DNA of 32,000 nt from Candidatus Saccharimonadota bacterium (GCA_016699955.1 CP064993.1:240001-272000); one strand, 5' to 3'. Positions 1 through 9,792 are shown, numbered from the stretch's first letter. Numbers and translations are program-made. Notes: a model not told the origin generated them from the sequence alone.

Positions 1-284
1 TCTGACGGATAAAAATACGCGTAAACAACCAGTTCGTTCGCACCGGCCGAAACAACCTGAGTTGTGCCACGAAGGACGTTACTGACGCGACTAACCTGAT
101 GGTCGAGGTCAGTAAAACCCGTTGCATCCTTTTGCAAGTCTAGGTAGCTGAACAAACTCGTACGGAAAAATACCATGAACGTGACGCTCAATGTGGCGAT
201 AAGCGCTATCGTAATCATCAGCTCAACAAGTCCAAATCCGGCCTCGCTACAACGAGCTTGTGTCTGAAACTTATGGTGTGACAC
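1..284 (-). CDS. prepilin-type N-terminal cleavage/methylation domain protein (minor pilin-like); C-terminus lies beyond the left window edge
   Basis: Own minus-strand translation from GTG at 284: MSHHKFQTQARCSEAGFGLVELMITIALIATLSVTFMVFF... It has a G/FGLVE motif followed by a hydrophobic helix. The start overlaps the stop (271) of the upstream pilin-like gene. Confidence 0.6.
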   Translation of the reverse strand, partial: MSHHKFQTQARCSEAGFGLVELMITIALIATLSVTFMVFFRTSLFSYLDLQKDATGFTDLDHQVSRVSNVLRGTTQVVSAGANELVVYAYFYPS

Positions 285-1818
285 TGAGACCTCCGAGTGG
301 AGTGGTTGGAAGCAAAAGACTGCCAGCTGCATTTGTAACCGTCATCTGTACGGGCGCTCCCACGGCCAGTGAGCTAAAATCATACTCACAGCTACGCTGC
401 GTACTACTACCACTACAAGCGCTGCCTGAATATGTCGTGCTGCCTTGAGTAAATGTTATCGAAGCGCCGGTAAGATTCACGCCTTTGATTGTCACCGTCA
501 GGTTCGCTTGACCTCCACCAGACATGCTGATACTGCCTGGCTCAACCGAGGAAACCCTTGGGAAAGCGCTGTTAGTGGTTAGCATGAGGCGTACTTTTTG
601 CGTGTACGACACGCCTCCGTAGTCAAACATTGGACTAGGCGGATTCGTCACATCGTACTGAGGGATGGTAATTGGGCGTAGTGGATTTTCTCCACCATAG
701 GGTACGGCTGCTGCAAGATAGTATGTCGTAGATCCAACGACGCAGCTGGTTGCTCCCGCATCTCCACAAAACGTATAGCCATTAATCGGAACAAGGTTTT
801 GTACGCCAACCATTCCGTCAGCACCGGTCAACGGGCGTGTATCAGCAGGCGTCAGGCTGTCATAATAGTAGGCGGTGTCTGTAACGAGCGTGTACTTTTT
901 ATACCCACCCTTCATGTACACTCTCACGTTCGGCAGAGCTGCCCCAGACGTATCGGTTGTTTCCAATATCAGGCTGTTTGACGTCCCCATTTTTGCGATA
1001 GCAAGCGTAACGTAGGAAGATTGCTGGGCAATTACCGACAACTTGGGGTACACGGGCTGGAGCGAGCCGCTCGACCCAATGGTAGTTATAGATGAATAAC
1101 CCGACTTGGTTGCCGTGACGACATAGTCGGCGGCGCTATCTGGTGGCATGCCATAAAAAATTGACGTCCCACCCGCGTCGGTCGTGTCGCCGAGATTAAC
1201 GATTGGGCTAGTCGTGCTGTTGGTGAGCGTTACAGTAGCACCGCTTACCGGTGTACCGCTCGGGTCAGTCACTGTTACAAAAATTGCTCCTGTGTTACTG
1301 GCCGTTTCAGCAACTCTGGCTGATATTTGTGTATCCACTACTGCAAGACGCGTGCCAGTCCTATCAACAACAACGACGTTCACCGTTTTATAATCGGCGG
1401 GGTTGGTGTCTAATGCTGGAGCGCCGCTTGGTGGAGGATAGTTACGACAGTACTTTTGCTTTGTCGCAATGTTTGGGTAGGATCCACAGCCGTCGTAAGC
1501 ATCATCGGCATAGTTAATCCCTGTTGTAGTAGTGTACCTCACGCCGTTTAATGTTTCCGTCTTTGTCGCCGGTAACAGTGTCGGGGCAAGAATACTCCCC
1601 CCGACAACGGCCAGGCTATCATACGGCAGAGATTTTAAGTACTCCATCTGATTTGTTGCGAGGGTAATTGCCACCGCGCGTCGTTTTGCGATAATCGTAC
1701 TCCGAACAAGTGAAATAAAAAGGCCAAAAAATGCAACAATCACCAGACTCATCACAAACAGCGACACACTGAGTTCAACCAGTGTGAAACCGGACTGACC
1801 CACCCTTTTACGCTTCAT
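271..1818 (-). CDS. large pilin-signal protein (pseudopilin N-terminus fused to beta-sandwich adhesin-like modules)
   Basis: The N-terminus MKRKRVGQSGFTLVELSVSLFVMSLVIVAFF has the G/FTLVE class III signal. Internal segments such as VTVTDPSGTPVSGATVTLTN..TDAGGTSIFYG..YVVTATKSGY look like CarboxypepD_reg-like repeats. The C-terminus (PGSISMSGGGQANLTVTIKGVNLTGASITF...VQMTVTNAAG) looks like an IPT/TIG domain. Confidence 0.75.
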   Translation of the reverse strand: MKRKRVGQSGFTLVELSVSLFVMSLVIVAFFGLFISLVRSTIIAKRRAVAITLATNQMEYLKSLPYDSLAVVGGSILAPTLLPATKTETLNGVRYTTTTGINYADDAYDGCGSYPNIATKQKYCRNYPPPSGAPALDTNPADYKTVNVVVVDRTGTRLAVVDTQISARVAETASNTGAIFVTVTDPSGTPVSGATVTLTNSTTSPIVNLGDTTDAGGTSIFYGMPPDSAADYVVTATKSGYSSITTIGSSGSLQPVYPKLSVIAQQSSYVTLAIAKMGTSNSLILETTDTSGAALPNVRVYMKGGYKKYTLVTDTAYYYDSLTPADTRPLTGADGMVGVQNLVPINGYTFCGDAGATSCVVGSTTYYLAAAVPYGGENPLRPITIPQYDVTNPPSPMFDYGGVSYTQKVRLMLTTNSAFPRVSSVEPGSISMSGGGQANLTVTIKGVNLTGASITFTQGSTTYSGSACSGSSTQRSCEYDFSSLAVGAPVQMTVTNAAGSLLLPTTPLGGLSVTP

Positions 1819-1897
1819 GTTCCTAGTATACCGTACTACTTACGGTTCTCAACTAGCTTATGGTATGCTTAAGTGTGTAATATAAGAAGAATGCTAG

Positions 1898-2977
1898 ATG
1901 GGCAGCATAGAAAAAACACAACTTATTCCGTATCTATTTGAGGACAAGCCGCTCTTTGGTATGGATATTGGGCATAATAATGTCCGCATCATGCAGCTAC
2001 AAACCGGAAAACACAAACCGAGGGTTGTCGGATACGGCGAAATTAGCTTCGATACCAGCATCATTGAAGACGGTGTAATCGTTGACGTCGAAGGCCTGGC
2101 TCGTTCAATCCAGAAGCTTTTTCAGCATAGTCTGATCGGAGACATTACCACGCGACGGGTTGCACTGAGCGTGCCAATCTCCAAAGCATTCACCCGCTCA
2201 CTCGACATGCCTAAACTTTCCGACAAAGAAATTCTTTCGGCAGTGCAGACCGAAGTAGAACAGTACATACCAGCGGCGGCCGAGAGTTTATACATCGACT
2301 ACTCGACTGTACAGTCTGCCAAAGACAAGTACACCACGTTCATCGTGGCCATGCCGCGTCGTATTATTGACTCCTACCTAGTGCTGACTCGGTTGCTGGG
2401 TCTTGAGCCAGTTATTCTACAAACCACTAGTGGGGCGGGTGCCAACATGTTTTCTTACGACTCCCAGGGGGATCTCCCAAGCGTCCTCGTTGACTTTGGC
2501 AACGACAGCGCAGATATTACCGTTTACGATAAAAACCCAATCGTCAGCGGTACCGTTGCGTGTGGAGGCCAAGATATCACTCAACTCATCGCCAAATCTC
2601 TCGGCGTGACTGAACGAGAAGCAACTATTATAAAAACAAAGTATGGTTTAAGTTTTAGCAAGAAACAAAAGCAGATTGAAGCAGCGCTTTCGGCGAACCT
2701 AACGACGCTCGTCAAAGAAATTCAGCGCAGCGTGCGCTACTACGAAGAGCGTTCAAAGAGTAAACGCCAGATTGCCCAAGTTGTCATCATGGGCGGAGGA
2801 GCCAACATGCCTGGTCTTGCCGACTATCTTACACAAACCCTTCGCCTCCCCGTGCGCGCCTTTGACCCGACCAACTTTATCGATTTCGGTAAACTACAGC
2901 CGTTCAACATCACCGAACGAATGTCCTACGTATCTGCTGCCGGGTTAAGCATGCTTACCCCAGAGGAGGCCTTCTGA
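1898..2977 (+). CDS. pilM: type IV pilus assembly protein PilM (actin-like ATPase fold)
   Basis: 359 aa. FGMDIGHNNVRIMQL near the N-terminus and a later MGGGANMPGLADYL, typical PilM layout. Followed by overlapping pilN. Confidence 0.85.
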   Translation: MGSIEKTQLIPYLFEDKPLFGMDIGHNNVRIMQLQTGKHKPRVVGYGEISFDTSIIEDGVIVDVEGLARSIQKLFQHSLIGDITTRRVALSVPISKAFTRSLDMPKLSDKEILSAVQTEVEQYIPAAAESLYIDYSTVQSAKDKYTTFIVAMPRRIIDSYLVLTRLLGLEPVILQTTSGAGANMFSYDSQGDLPSVLVDFGNDSADITVYDKNPIVSGTVACGGQDITQLIAKSLGVTEREATIIKTKYGLSFSKKQKQIEAALSANLTTLVKEIQRSVRYYEERSKSKRQIAQVVIMGGGANMPGLADYLTQTLRLPVRAFDPTNFIDFGKLQPFNITERMSYVSAAGLSMLTPEEAF

Positions 2978-3573
2978 TGATAAACCTACTTCCTCCGCAG
3001 ATTAAACAGGCATACCGTTTCGGCCGAATCAACCGCCACCTCACGAGATGGATTACCGCCCTAGCCCTAGGGATTGTTGGCGCAGTACTTATTACCGCCG
3101 TTGGCTATATGTACCTATCTCAGGAAACAACCAACTACAAAAAGCAGGTGGCAACTACTCAATCACGACTGGCCGAGCAAAATTTCACAGGACTACAAGA
3201 GGAAGTAAGGAACATATCTAACAATTTAAATCTTGTTGTCGATGTCCTATCAAAACAAATTCTGTTTTCAGAGCTGCTTACGCAAATCGCCACACTGTTG
3301 CCGAGTGAAACAAATCTTTCCGCACTTTCAATATCTCAGGTTCAAGGAGCCATAGACATCACCGCAGCCGCTAAAACATATGAAGCAGCCGCCCAGATAC
3401 AGGTAAACCTGGCTGACCCAAAAAACGGTGTATTTAGTAAGGCAGATATAATCTCCATAAATTGCTCTGGCACAACAGGCTATCCTTGCACCGTTAGCAT
3501 ACGAGCACTGTTTGCCAGCAACAGCTCATACATGCTGATTAACGACGCGAAAAAAGGAGCCTCTGGTGAATAA
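2977..3573 (+). CDS. pilN: type IV pilus assembly protein PilN
   Basis: MINLLPPQIKQ start (INLLP signature), a single TM helix, then a periplasmic-type domain. Its ATG shares the terminal A of the pilM TGA stop (TGATG overlap). Confidence 0.75.
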   Translation: MINLLPPQIKQAYRFGRINRHLTRWITALALGIVGAVLITAVGYMYLSQETTNYKKQVATTQSRLAEQNFTGLQEEVRNISNNLNLVVDVLSKQILFSELLTQIATLLPSETNLSALSISQVQGAIDITAAAKTYEAAAQIQVNLADPKNGVFSKADIISINCSGTTGYPCTVSIRALFASNSSYMLINDAKKGASGE

Positions 3574-4165
3574 TAAACGGCTAAGCCTCATTCTGAGCAT
3601 AGTCACCGCGTTGCTGGTAGTGGGCTTGTTCGGATGTGTTTATGCGGCGAACACTATACTAACCGCCAAGGCCGTGGAACTCAGTAAGCTAAAGGCACAA
3701 AACCAAGTTACAGATGATTTACAAGTGTCACTCAGGAAAAACAAAACCGACATTGTGAAATACGCCGAACTTAACACAATCGCCAAAGCCGTTGTCCCGC
3801 AAGATAAAAACCAGGCACAAACAGTGAGCGAAATAGTGAAGATTGCAAATGACAGTGGCATGCCAAAACTTACCTCAATTACATTTCCCGCTTCCACGCT
3901 TGGCGGTACAGCTGGCACAAAAACCCAAGGCGGGTTAACTCAGGTTACCCCTGCCAAAGGAACAACGGGTGTGTATCTTCTCCCCATAACCATAACGCTG
4001 GACAGCAATAATGCGGTACGATACTCGCAGTTTATTACATTTTTACAAAAGCTCGAAAACAACCGCCGTACGGCTCAAGTTAGTGCTATCAATATCACGC
4101 CGGACAGTAAAAACCCCAACAATATTTCTTTCACCCTAACCGTTAACCAATACATAAAACCATGA
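3566..4165 (+). CDS. pilO: PilO-like pilus assembly membrane protein
   Basis: GTG start after AAGGAG, overlapping the pilN end. N-terminal TM helix, coiled-coil-like segment, position after pilN. Confidence 0.55.
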   Translation: MNNKRLSLILSIVTALLVVGLFGCVYAANTILTAKAVELSKLKAQNQVTDDLQVSLRKNKTDIVKYAELNTIAKAVVPQDKNQAQTVSEIVKIANDSGMPKLTSITFPASTLGGTAGTKTQGGLTQVTPAKGTTGVYLLPITITLDSNNAVRYSQFITFLQKLENNRRTAQVSAINITPDSKNPNNISFTLTVNQYIKP

Positions 4166-4467
4166 GCACGTCCATAGATACCGAACGACTTAATACACAA
4201 CTGCACACTGTCATTGTAGGGCTACGACGCCACATGACGTTATTGTTTTTCTTGGTACTCACAAGCCTATACGGCTTCCTTGTTTGGCGAATAAACGTCC
4301 TTAGTAGCGCACCACCAAGCCAAGCAGAGGTAAGTTCTGCGGCTCAAAATGTACCTAAGCCTCGTATCTCTGAAGAGGTTATTATGAAGTTGCAAGGCCT
4401 ACAAGATAACAGCGTACGCGTTCAGGCCATTTTCAACGATGCTCGGCAAAATCCATTCCAGGAATAA
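4162..4467 (+). CDS. small single-pass membrane protein, 4th gene of the pilMNO operon (function unknown)
   Basis: ATGA overlap with the pilO-like stop. One TM helix (LLFFLVLTSLYGFLVW). No family recognised. Confidence 0.4.
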   Translation: MSTSIDTERLNTQLHTVIVGLRRHMTLLFFLVLTSLYGFLVWRINVLSSAPPSQAEVSSAAQNVPKPRISEEVIMKLQGLQDNSVRVQAIFNDARQNPFQE

Positions 4468-4472
4468 AGCGT

Positions 4473-5186
4473 TCAGGCTGGTTTTTCGTTCGGGTCAGGA
4501 GACGGCGCAACATTTTCCGGCTGGGCAGCTCGGGCTTGGTACTGCTGAAAATCGAGAAATTTCTGGTATTCTCCCGCGTCTATTGTAACCCCATGTGCTT
4601 CGTTGCCGTTCTTTCGAATAGATGTTGGCAACCGACCGCTTTCTAACGCCGCAATAAAATTCTCATGCGCCTCAATCAGAACTTTGGCAGCAACATCAGG
4701 GCTCGGGACGGCGCTAAAAGTGTAATTAGCCTGCTCACCGGGTGTTTCTATAATTATCGTCCCGAAGCCAAACAGCGTCCCAAAGAAATCTTTGCGCACC
4801 GATACATCGGCCACATGCTGTAAACTTAGCTGTGAAATTTTGCTACCAAACAAACTCGGTTGTAAAACCTGCAGAGCAGCCTCATCTGTCACAACAAGCT
4901 GTTCTTGGGCTTTCATCCATGCAGGAACGACTGTACCGAGTGCAACCAAAAAGCTAAACAACGCCGCTCCGGCAATCACAACTGGCCGATACTGACTTCC
5001 TGTGCCCTCTGCTCCTGTAGTAAAAGCCACCGCCGAACCCATAATTGCCACAATTGCAAACAAACCAATCACCCAAATAGATATATACACAAACCAATGG
5101 TGTCGAAATACACCAAGAATTTCTTCGTCGTCACCTATAGGCAACCTGTGATGGAGCCTGCTGCTCAATTTTGGATCAATACTCAT
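4473..5186 (-). CDS. bacterial PH-domain (YdbS/YdbT-like, bPH_2) membrane protein
   Basis: GVFRHHWFVYISIWVIGLFAIV hairpin TM pair followed by a soluble domain, typical of the DUF304/bPH_2 architecture. Confidence 0.55.
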   Translation of the reverse strand: MSIDPKLSSRLHHRLPIGDDEEILGVFRHHWFVYISIWVIGLFAIVAIMGSAVAFTTGAEGTGSQYRPVVIAGAALFSFLVALGTVVPAWMKAQEQLVVTDEAALQVLQPSLFGSKISQLSLQHVADVSVRKDFFGTLFGFGTIIIETPGEQANYTFSAVPSPDVAAKVLIEAHENFIAALESGRLPTSIRKNGNEAHGVTIDAGEYQKFLDFQQYQARAAQPENVAPSPDPNEKPA

Positions 5187-5193
5187 ACAGATA

Positions 5194-6237
5194 TTATACC
5201 AGTTTTACCTGGGATGACCCTTTCTCCTCTGTTGGTTTTACCCCGAGGTGTTTGTATGCCTTTTGTGTAACCTTTCGCCCGCGCGGTGTTCGCTCTAGCA
5301 AGCCAATCTGGAGGAGGTATGGTTCTATGAAATCTTCTATGGTACTGCGTTCCTCAGCCGTCATGGCCGCAATAGTTTCGACGCCTACCGGTCCACCTGC
5401 GTAGTTATCGATAATAGCCGTTAGTATCATACGGTCGGCTGGGTCGAGCCCCAGTCCATCAATTTCCAGGAGTTCAAGAGCCCGCGTGCTTATTTCTATG
5501 TCGACTATCCCATCGCCATTTACATCCGCGTAGTCGCGGACGCGCTTCAAGAGTCGGTTGGCGATGCGCGGCGTGAGGCGGCTTCTTTCGGCCAGACGCA
5601 AGGCAGCAGATGAGTCGATTTTAACTCCTAGTATGCTCGCTGCCCTTGTTATTATTGCCTGAATTTCACTTGGGTTGTAAAACTCGAGACGGTGAATGTG
5701 ACCAAACCGGTCGCGCAGTGGTGCAGCCAAAGCACCGGTGCGTGTGGTAGCGCCGATGAGCGTAAACTGTGGGAGATCCAGACGCATGCTGCGCGCGCTT
5801 GGTCCTTTGCCGAGCATAATGTCGAGCTTGTAGTCTTCCATGGCACTATACAGCACCTCCTCGACGGTACGATGCAAACGGTGGATTTCGTCTATAAAAA
5901 GAATATCGCCGTCCTGAAGGTTTGTGAGCAAACTAGCCAAATCACCGGCGCGTTCTATGGCCGGGCCAGATGTGATGCGAATTTGCGCGCCCATTTCGTT
6001 CGCAATCACACTCGCCATGGTAGTTTTGCCTAAACCTGGCGGTCCATACAGCAAAACGTGATCAAGCGGCTCCCCGCGTTTCTTCGCAGCAGTAATTGCC
6101 AGCTGGATGTTCTTCTTCAATCGTTCCTGGCCAATGTAGTTTGCAAAATCGTGCGGACGTAGTTTTAGCTCAAACTCAACCTCTTCCGCCGAGTCATCGT
6201 CTACCACAACCGTATTTACAATCCGCTCAATCGCCAT
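5194..6237 (-). CDS. ruvB: Holliday junction branch migration helicase RuvB
   Basis: [13 protein letters not shown], Walker [16 protein letters not shown], and a RuvB winged-helix C-terminus. I trimmed the start to MAIERIV (ATG at 6237), because the track ORF extension to 6360 overlaps the upstream hydrolase. Confidence 0.95.
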   Translation of the reverse strand: MAIERIVNTVVVDDDSAEEVEFELKLRPHDFANYIGQERLKKNIQLAITAAKKRGEPLDHVLLYGPPGLGKTTMASVIANEMGAQIRITSGPAIERAGDLASLLTNLQDGDILFIDEIHRLHRTVEEVLYSAMEDYKLDIMLGKGPSARSMRLDLPQFTLIGATTRTGALAAPLRDRFGHIHRLEFYNPSEIQAIITRAASILGVKIDSSAALRLAERSRLTPRIANRLLKRVRDYADVNGDGIVDIEISTRALELLEIDGLGLDPADRMILTAIIDNYAGGPVGVETIAAMTAEERSTIEDFIEPYLLQIGLLERTPRGRKVTQKAYKHLGVKPTEEKGSSQVKLV

Positions 6238-6265
6238 AATGTATAAAGTATAGCAGTCATTACCC

Positions 6266-6988
6266 CTACTTCTCGAGAAAATCCATCCACCTGCGCCAAT
6301 CACGCATGTTCTGATACCCGGCGAGAATGTGTCCGCGTTTATTATTTTGCAAGTAGTCATACTCTACCCCGTGAATATCTAAAGCCTCCTTAAACTGCTT
6401 CGACTGATCAAAGCGCAGTATTTTGTCTTTGGCTGAAAGGTACAGAAGAACTTTCTTACCGCTTAATTTAGCCGCGTTCGGTATGGGCGACACTGGTGCG
6501 AGTTTTGCATCGAGACTCTCCATGGTGTAACCCTGCGCAAGAGATTTATTTTTTGTGCTTTTTATGAAGTTCCAAGTCCATACATTTTCTGCGACACTTC
6601 CGTACGTTAGATTAATGACTAGCTTTTTGATAAGGTCATTTTCGGCAGCTACTTTTATGGCAAACAACGTTCCCATACTTACACCGAAGGCGCCGTAGCT
6701 GATACAACCTTGCCGCTCAAACTCAATAATCCGTTTCTGAACAGTAGCGCTGAGACGTTCGCTAACTTCTAAGAAGCTTTCCGCATCACCCTTTCTAACG
6801 ACTCCCGGATGAAAATCATATGCGACTACCTTATAACCATGACGTACTAAGCGGTTTATGGCTCCCGTGTACAGCCAAGTCCGAGTCAGCATGCCAGCAA
6901 AGAAAAACAGCACCTTTTTGTTATGTTCGCCAAAAATATACTCGTTAAAATGCGGCAGATTTGCTAGGTTTTTTCTGTTCGTTAACAT
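6266..6988 (-). CDS. alpha/beta hydrolase fold protein (esterase/dienelactone hydrolase-like)
   Basis: Nucleophile elbow GVSMGT, a late His (KRGHILAG), length about 240 aa. Confidence 0.6.
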   Translation of the reverse strand: MLTNRKNLANLPHFNEYIFGEHNKKVLFFFAGMLTRTWLYTGAINRLVRHGYKVVAYDFHPGVVRKGDAESFLEVSERLSATVQKRIIEFERQGCISYGAFGVSMGTLFAIKVAAENDLIKKLVINLTYGSVAENVWTWNFIKSTKNKSLAQGYTMESLDAKLAPVSPIPNAAKLSGKKVLLYLSAKDKILRFDQSKQFKEALDIHGVEYDYLQNNKRGHILAGYQNMRDWRRWMDFLEK

Positions 6989-7000
6989 ATTTTGCTGAAG

Positions 7001-7819
7001 TTAAGGAATGTGAGTGGGGTCCCAGCAGGTACGGTAATTTTGGTCGAGTTGGGCGAGTCGGCGTAGGTCTTCTTCATCTAGCTCAAAATCGAAAATGTCT
7101 ATGTTCTGATGCACGCGTCCCGGTGTGACGGATTTTGGGAGTACAACAAGTCCTTTTTGGATGCACCAGCGCAACATAACTTGCGCGTAGCCTTTGTGGT
7201 GTTTTTGAGCAATAGCGACAATGGTTGGGTCGTTCATTTTTTTCCCATGCGCAAGTGGCGAATATGCTTCCACGGCAATATTATGCTCCTGGCAATATTT
7301 CAGCAGTTCCGGTTGCTGCAAAAACACGTGCAATTCCACTTGGTTGACTACTGGCATCTCTGTGGCGTACAGCTTCATTTCCTCAAGGTGCTTAATGGTA
7401 TAGTTACTGACACCGATGCTTTTTGCGCCGCCCTCAGCCTTGATCTTCTCCAACTCCAACCAGGCTTTTTTACGCTGGACAGGTACAGGGAAGTGCAGGA
7501 GCAACAAATCAATGTAGTCCATGCTGAGCCGTTCTAAGGATTGGTTGTAGCTTCTACGTGTTTGGCCAAGGGTGATAAGCTCCGTACGAATTTTCGTCGT
7601 TACAAAGAGATCTGCTCGTGGTTTTCCGCTGTTTCGCAAAGCCTTACCCAACCACGTCTCGTTACCGTAGGCGTGTGCATCGTCAAAATGCGTATAGCCA
7701 GCGGCGATTGCAGTCTCGACCGCCGCCACAACCTCTGTTTCGTTTTTTACCTGCCACAACCCCAGCCCAATTTGTGGGATTTTCACACCATCTACCAATT
7801 TTATCTCTGGTATTTTCAC
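7001..7819 (-). CDS. aldo/keto reductase (DkgA-like)
   Basis: IPQIGLGLWQV, GYTHFDDAHAYGNE, GVSNY, LPKS motifs. GTGA overlap with the upstream ORF stop. Confidence 0.85.
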   Translation of the reverse strand: MKIPEIKLVDGVKIPQIGLGLWQVKNETEVVAAVETAIAAGYTHFDDAHAYGNETWLGKALRNSGKPRADLFVTTKIRTELITLGQTRRSYNQSLERLSMDYIDLLLLHFPVPVQRKKAWLELEKIKAEGGAKSIGVSNYTIKHLEEMKLYATEMPVVNQVELHVFLQQPELLKYCQEHNIAVEAYSPLAHGKKMNDPTIVAIAQKHHKGYAQVMLRWCIQKGLVVLPKSVTPGRVHQNIDIFDFELDEEDLRRLAQLDQNYRTCWDPTHIP

Positions 7820-8211
7820 TTCGTTGTCTCTATTTTACGCAGTAGTTCCGACTCGTCTCCCCAATATTCAAGCTTGTCCGCACATGCAAATAGTTTCGAT
7901 TCTGATCCCCTCTCTGCATAAATCCATATTGACTTTTTTCCGTACGCATAACCAATTTCCGCAGACATACCTTCGCTGGCTGAGCCGAGTTTGTAGATAA
8001 CGATGAGTAGATCACTCTCAGCGATATGCTCAAAAGCTCGCAAAAGCTTATTGCCGTCATCTGGCTGTGGCGGCGCCAGCTCTGTGATGTACGGTTCGAC
8101 ATCGGCAGACCTTAGAGCGTCCTTGAGTGCCTCTAGAAATGTAAGCAGCTTTTCTCTACTTTCGCCAGACACACGCGTCGCCACAAATGCTTTCATATCA
8201 GATTTACTCAT
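7816..8211 (-). CDS. nucleoside 2-deoxyribosyltransferase/DNPH1-like superfamily protein (tentative)
   Basis: 131 aa. SDLLIVIY..GSASEGMSAEIGYAYGKKSIWIY resembles the Rossmann-like NDT/Rcl core (D..., S.G...E.G.A...GK). Translationally coupled (ATGA/GTGA) to both flanking AKR genes. Confidence 0.4.
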   Translation of the reverse strand: MSKSDMKAFVATRVSGESREKLLTFLEALKDALRSADVEPYITELAPPQPDDGNKLLRAFEHIAESDLLIVIYKLGSASEGMSAEIGYAYGKKSIWIYAERGSESKLFACADKLEYWGDESELLRKIETTK

Positions 8212-9092
8212 GGTTTTACGTCTGCTTCATAGTCAAGCGGCACGCGGCTAGAACGGTTTGTCTGCCCTGGAAAATCATCTGCCAAACGCTGCCAATCTCC
8301 TTGGCTCAGCTCCCAGCCGAGGGCACCAAGATTTTCATCAAGATGTTTGGGACTGGATGTTTTTGGGATGGTGATGACATTTGTTTGAGTGATGAGCCAG
8401 TTCAGCGCGACCTGGTAAGGTGTCTTCTGGTATTTTTTTGCCATTTCATGCAGTAACGCGGCTTCTTCAAGTGTGCCTTTGCTTAGCGGACCCCAGGCAG
8501 TAACTAGCACGTCTTTCTGTTGGCAATACTCTAGCACGTTTTTGTCGATTATTTCTCGGCAATCCAGACTGTAGTGCAGCTGGTTGCACACGAGTTTATT
8601 TTCAGTGACTGCCTGTGCAGCCTTGAACCGGTCAACAGTTAAGTTGCATGCTCCGATACTTCGCACCATTCCCTCTGTCACGAGTCGATCCATCGCACGC
8701 ATGGTGTCTCTGATGTCCGTACCGACATCCGGGAAACGGTGAAGCAGATAAAGATCAATGTAATCAGTTCGCAGTCGCTCCAGGCTTGCTTCACATGAAC
8801 GCAATATATCATTGTAGCCTTGGTGGTTACCTGAGACTTTTGAGGTAATGACAAGCTTTGAGCGATCAAACCCTTGCATTGCATACGCAATCAACTCTTC
8901 GCTATGCCCGTTACCATAGCTTTCAGCAGTATCAAGATGGGTGATGCCTTGGTCTAGGGCATAACGTATCGCATGAATTTCTCTTTCGTCTTGGGACGTA
9001 TCCGCTTCCCAACCCCCACCCATCTGCCATGTACCTAGGCCATAGACGGGCAGGGAAAATCCCGATTTCAGGGTCTTAATTGGAATTTCCAT
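8208..9092 (-). CDS. aldo/keto reductase
   Basis: LPVYGLGTWQMGG, GITHLDTAESYGNGHSEE, typical AKR length. Starts 1 nt after the ruvA stop. Confidence 0.85.
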   Translation of the reverse strand: MEIPIKTLKSGFSLPVYGLGTWQMGGGWEADTSQDEREIHAIRYALDQGITHLDTAESYGNGHSEELIAYAMQGFDRSKLVITSKVSGNHQGYNDILRSCEASLERLRTDYIDLYLLHRFPDVGTDIRDTMRAMDRLVTEGMVRSIGACNLTVDRFKAAQAVTENKLVCNQLHYSLDCREIIDKNVLEYCQQKDVLVTAWGPLSKGTLEEAALLHEMAKKYQKTPYQVALNWLITQTNVITIPKTSSPKHLDENLGALGWELSQGDWQRLADDFPGQTNRSSRVPLDYEADVKP

Positions 9093-9093
9093 A

Positions 9094-9666
9094 TCAGCCC
9101 TTTAGCGCTTGTTTAATACGTTCTTCGGTGGAAAGATTTGCGTCAATTTTCTGTAGGGCAATGGCGGCATCTTGCGCAGAATAGCCGAGCGAAACCAGCG
9201 CCTCTAGGGCTTCGTCTTGTGTGTTCACGCCTGGGCGATAGACAACGTCTTCGGCAGAGGCACCCGGCACAAGGCCTACCTTGTCCCGCAGCTCTACCAC
9301 GACTTGTTCTGCCGCACGCTTGCCGACGCCTTTGGCGCTTTGCAAAAGCTTGACATCACCTGACGCTATCGCACTGCGCACTGTGGCGGCGGAGCCAAGG
9401 TCTAACACCGCCATCGCCACTTTCGGTCCAACGTTTTTTACCCCGAGTAACTGCTCAAACAACTTCTTAGTGTCGGTGAGGGTAAAACCAAAAAGGTCAT
9501 AGCCTTGCTCACGAATATGCTCGTACACATACATTTTAGCCTCCGTACCATTTACCAGTTTGCCAAAGTCCTCACTGGTGACATTCAGCCCATACCCAAC
9601 ACCGCTCACATCGAGAATAATACCTTCAGTGGTTTTCTCTACGACTCCCCGTAAACTAACAATCAT
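9094..9666 (-). CDS. ruvA: Holliday junction DNA helicase subunit RuvA
   Basis: MIVSLRGVVEK..GYGLNV.., HhH motifs (GVKNVGPKVAMAVL, SAKGVGKRAAEQV), C-terminal domain III. I trimmed the start to ATG 9666, because the track ORF extension runs through the REP-like hairpin. Confidence 0.9.
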   Translation of the reverse strand: MIVSLRGVVEKTTEGIILDVSGVGYGLNVTSEDFGKLVNGTEAKMYVYEHIREQGYDLFGFTLTDTKKLFEQLLGVKNVGPKVAMAVLDLGSAATVRSAIASGDVKLLQSAKGVGKRAAEQVVVELRDKVGLVPGASAEDVVYRPGVNTQDEALEALVSLGYSAQDAAIALQKIDANLSTEERIKQALKG

Positions 9667-9690
9667 TCCACCATTATCCCACATCTCCAT

Positions 9691-9782
9691 TGCGTCAAGG
9701 ACGGACCCTGACGCGTACAAAATACGAACAGTTTGTTTGAGCCAAACTGTTACTGCTTGCGTCAGGGTCCGTCCTTGACGCA
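9691..9782. repeat. REP-like nested hairpin: perfect 24-bp inverted repeat with an inner 9-bp stem
   Basis: 9691..9714 TGCGTCAAGGACGGACCCTGACGC is the exact reverse complement of 9759..9782. The inner stem is AACAGTTTG / CAAACTGTT. It lies 11 nt upstream of the RAYT ATG and 25 nt upstream of the ruvA ATG. Confidence 0.85.
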
Positions 9783-9792
9783 TACTGTTGCC

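Noticed and set aside
4467-4473. Convergent pil-operon and PH-domain genes with only 5 nt between their stops; I looked for a terminator
   Set aside because: No hairpin or U-run is visible in or around the gap, so nothing can be annotated.
5194-6360. 5'-extended versions of track ORFs: ruvB to 6360, ruvA to 9843, RAYT from 9733, YunG-like to 15342
   Set aside because: The extensions overlap upstream genes or the REP hairpin and lack homology to the families. Internal ATGs reproduce the canonical N-termini.
7109-7537. 142-aa plus-strand ORF, and others (7221..7403, 7541..7921), antisense to the aldo/keto reductase
   Set aside because: These are shadow ORFs within a well-supported minus-strand gene, with no start signals.
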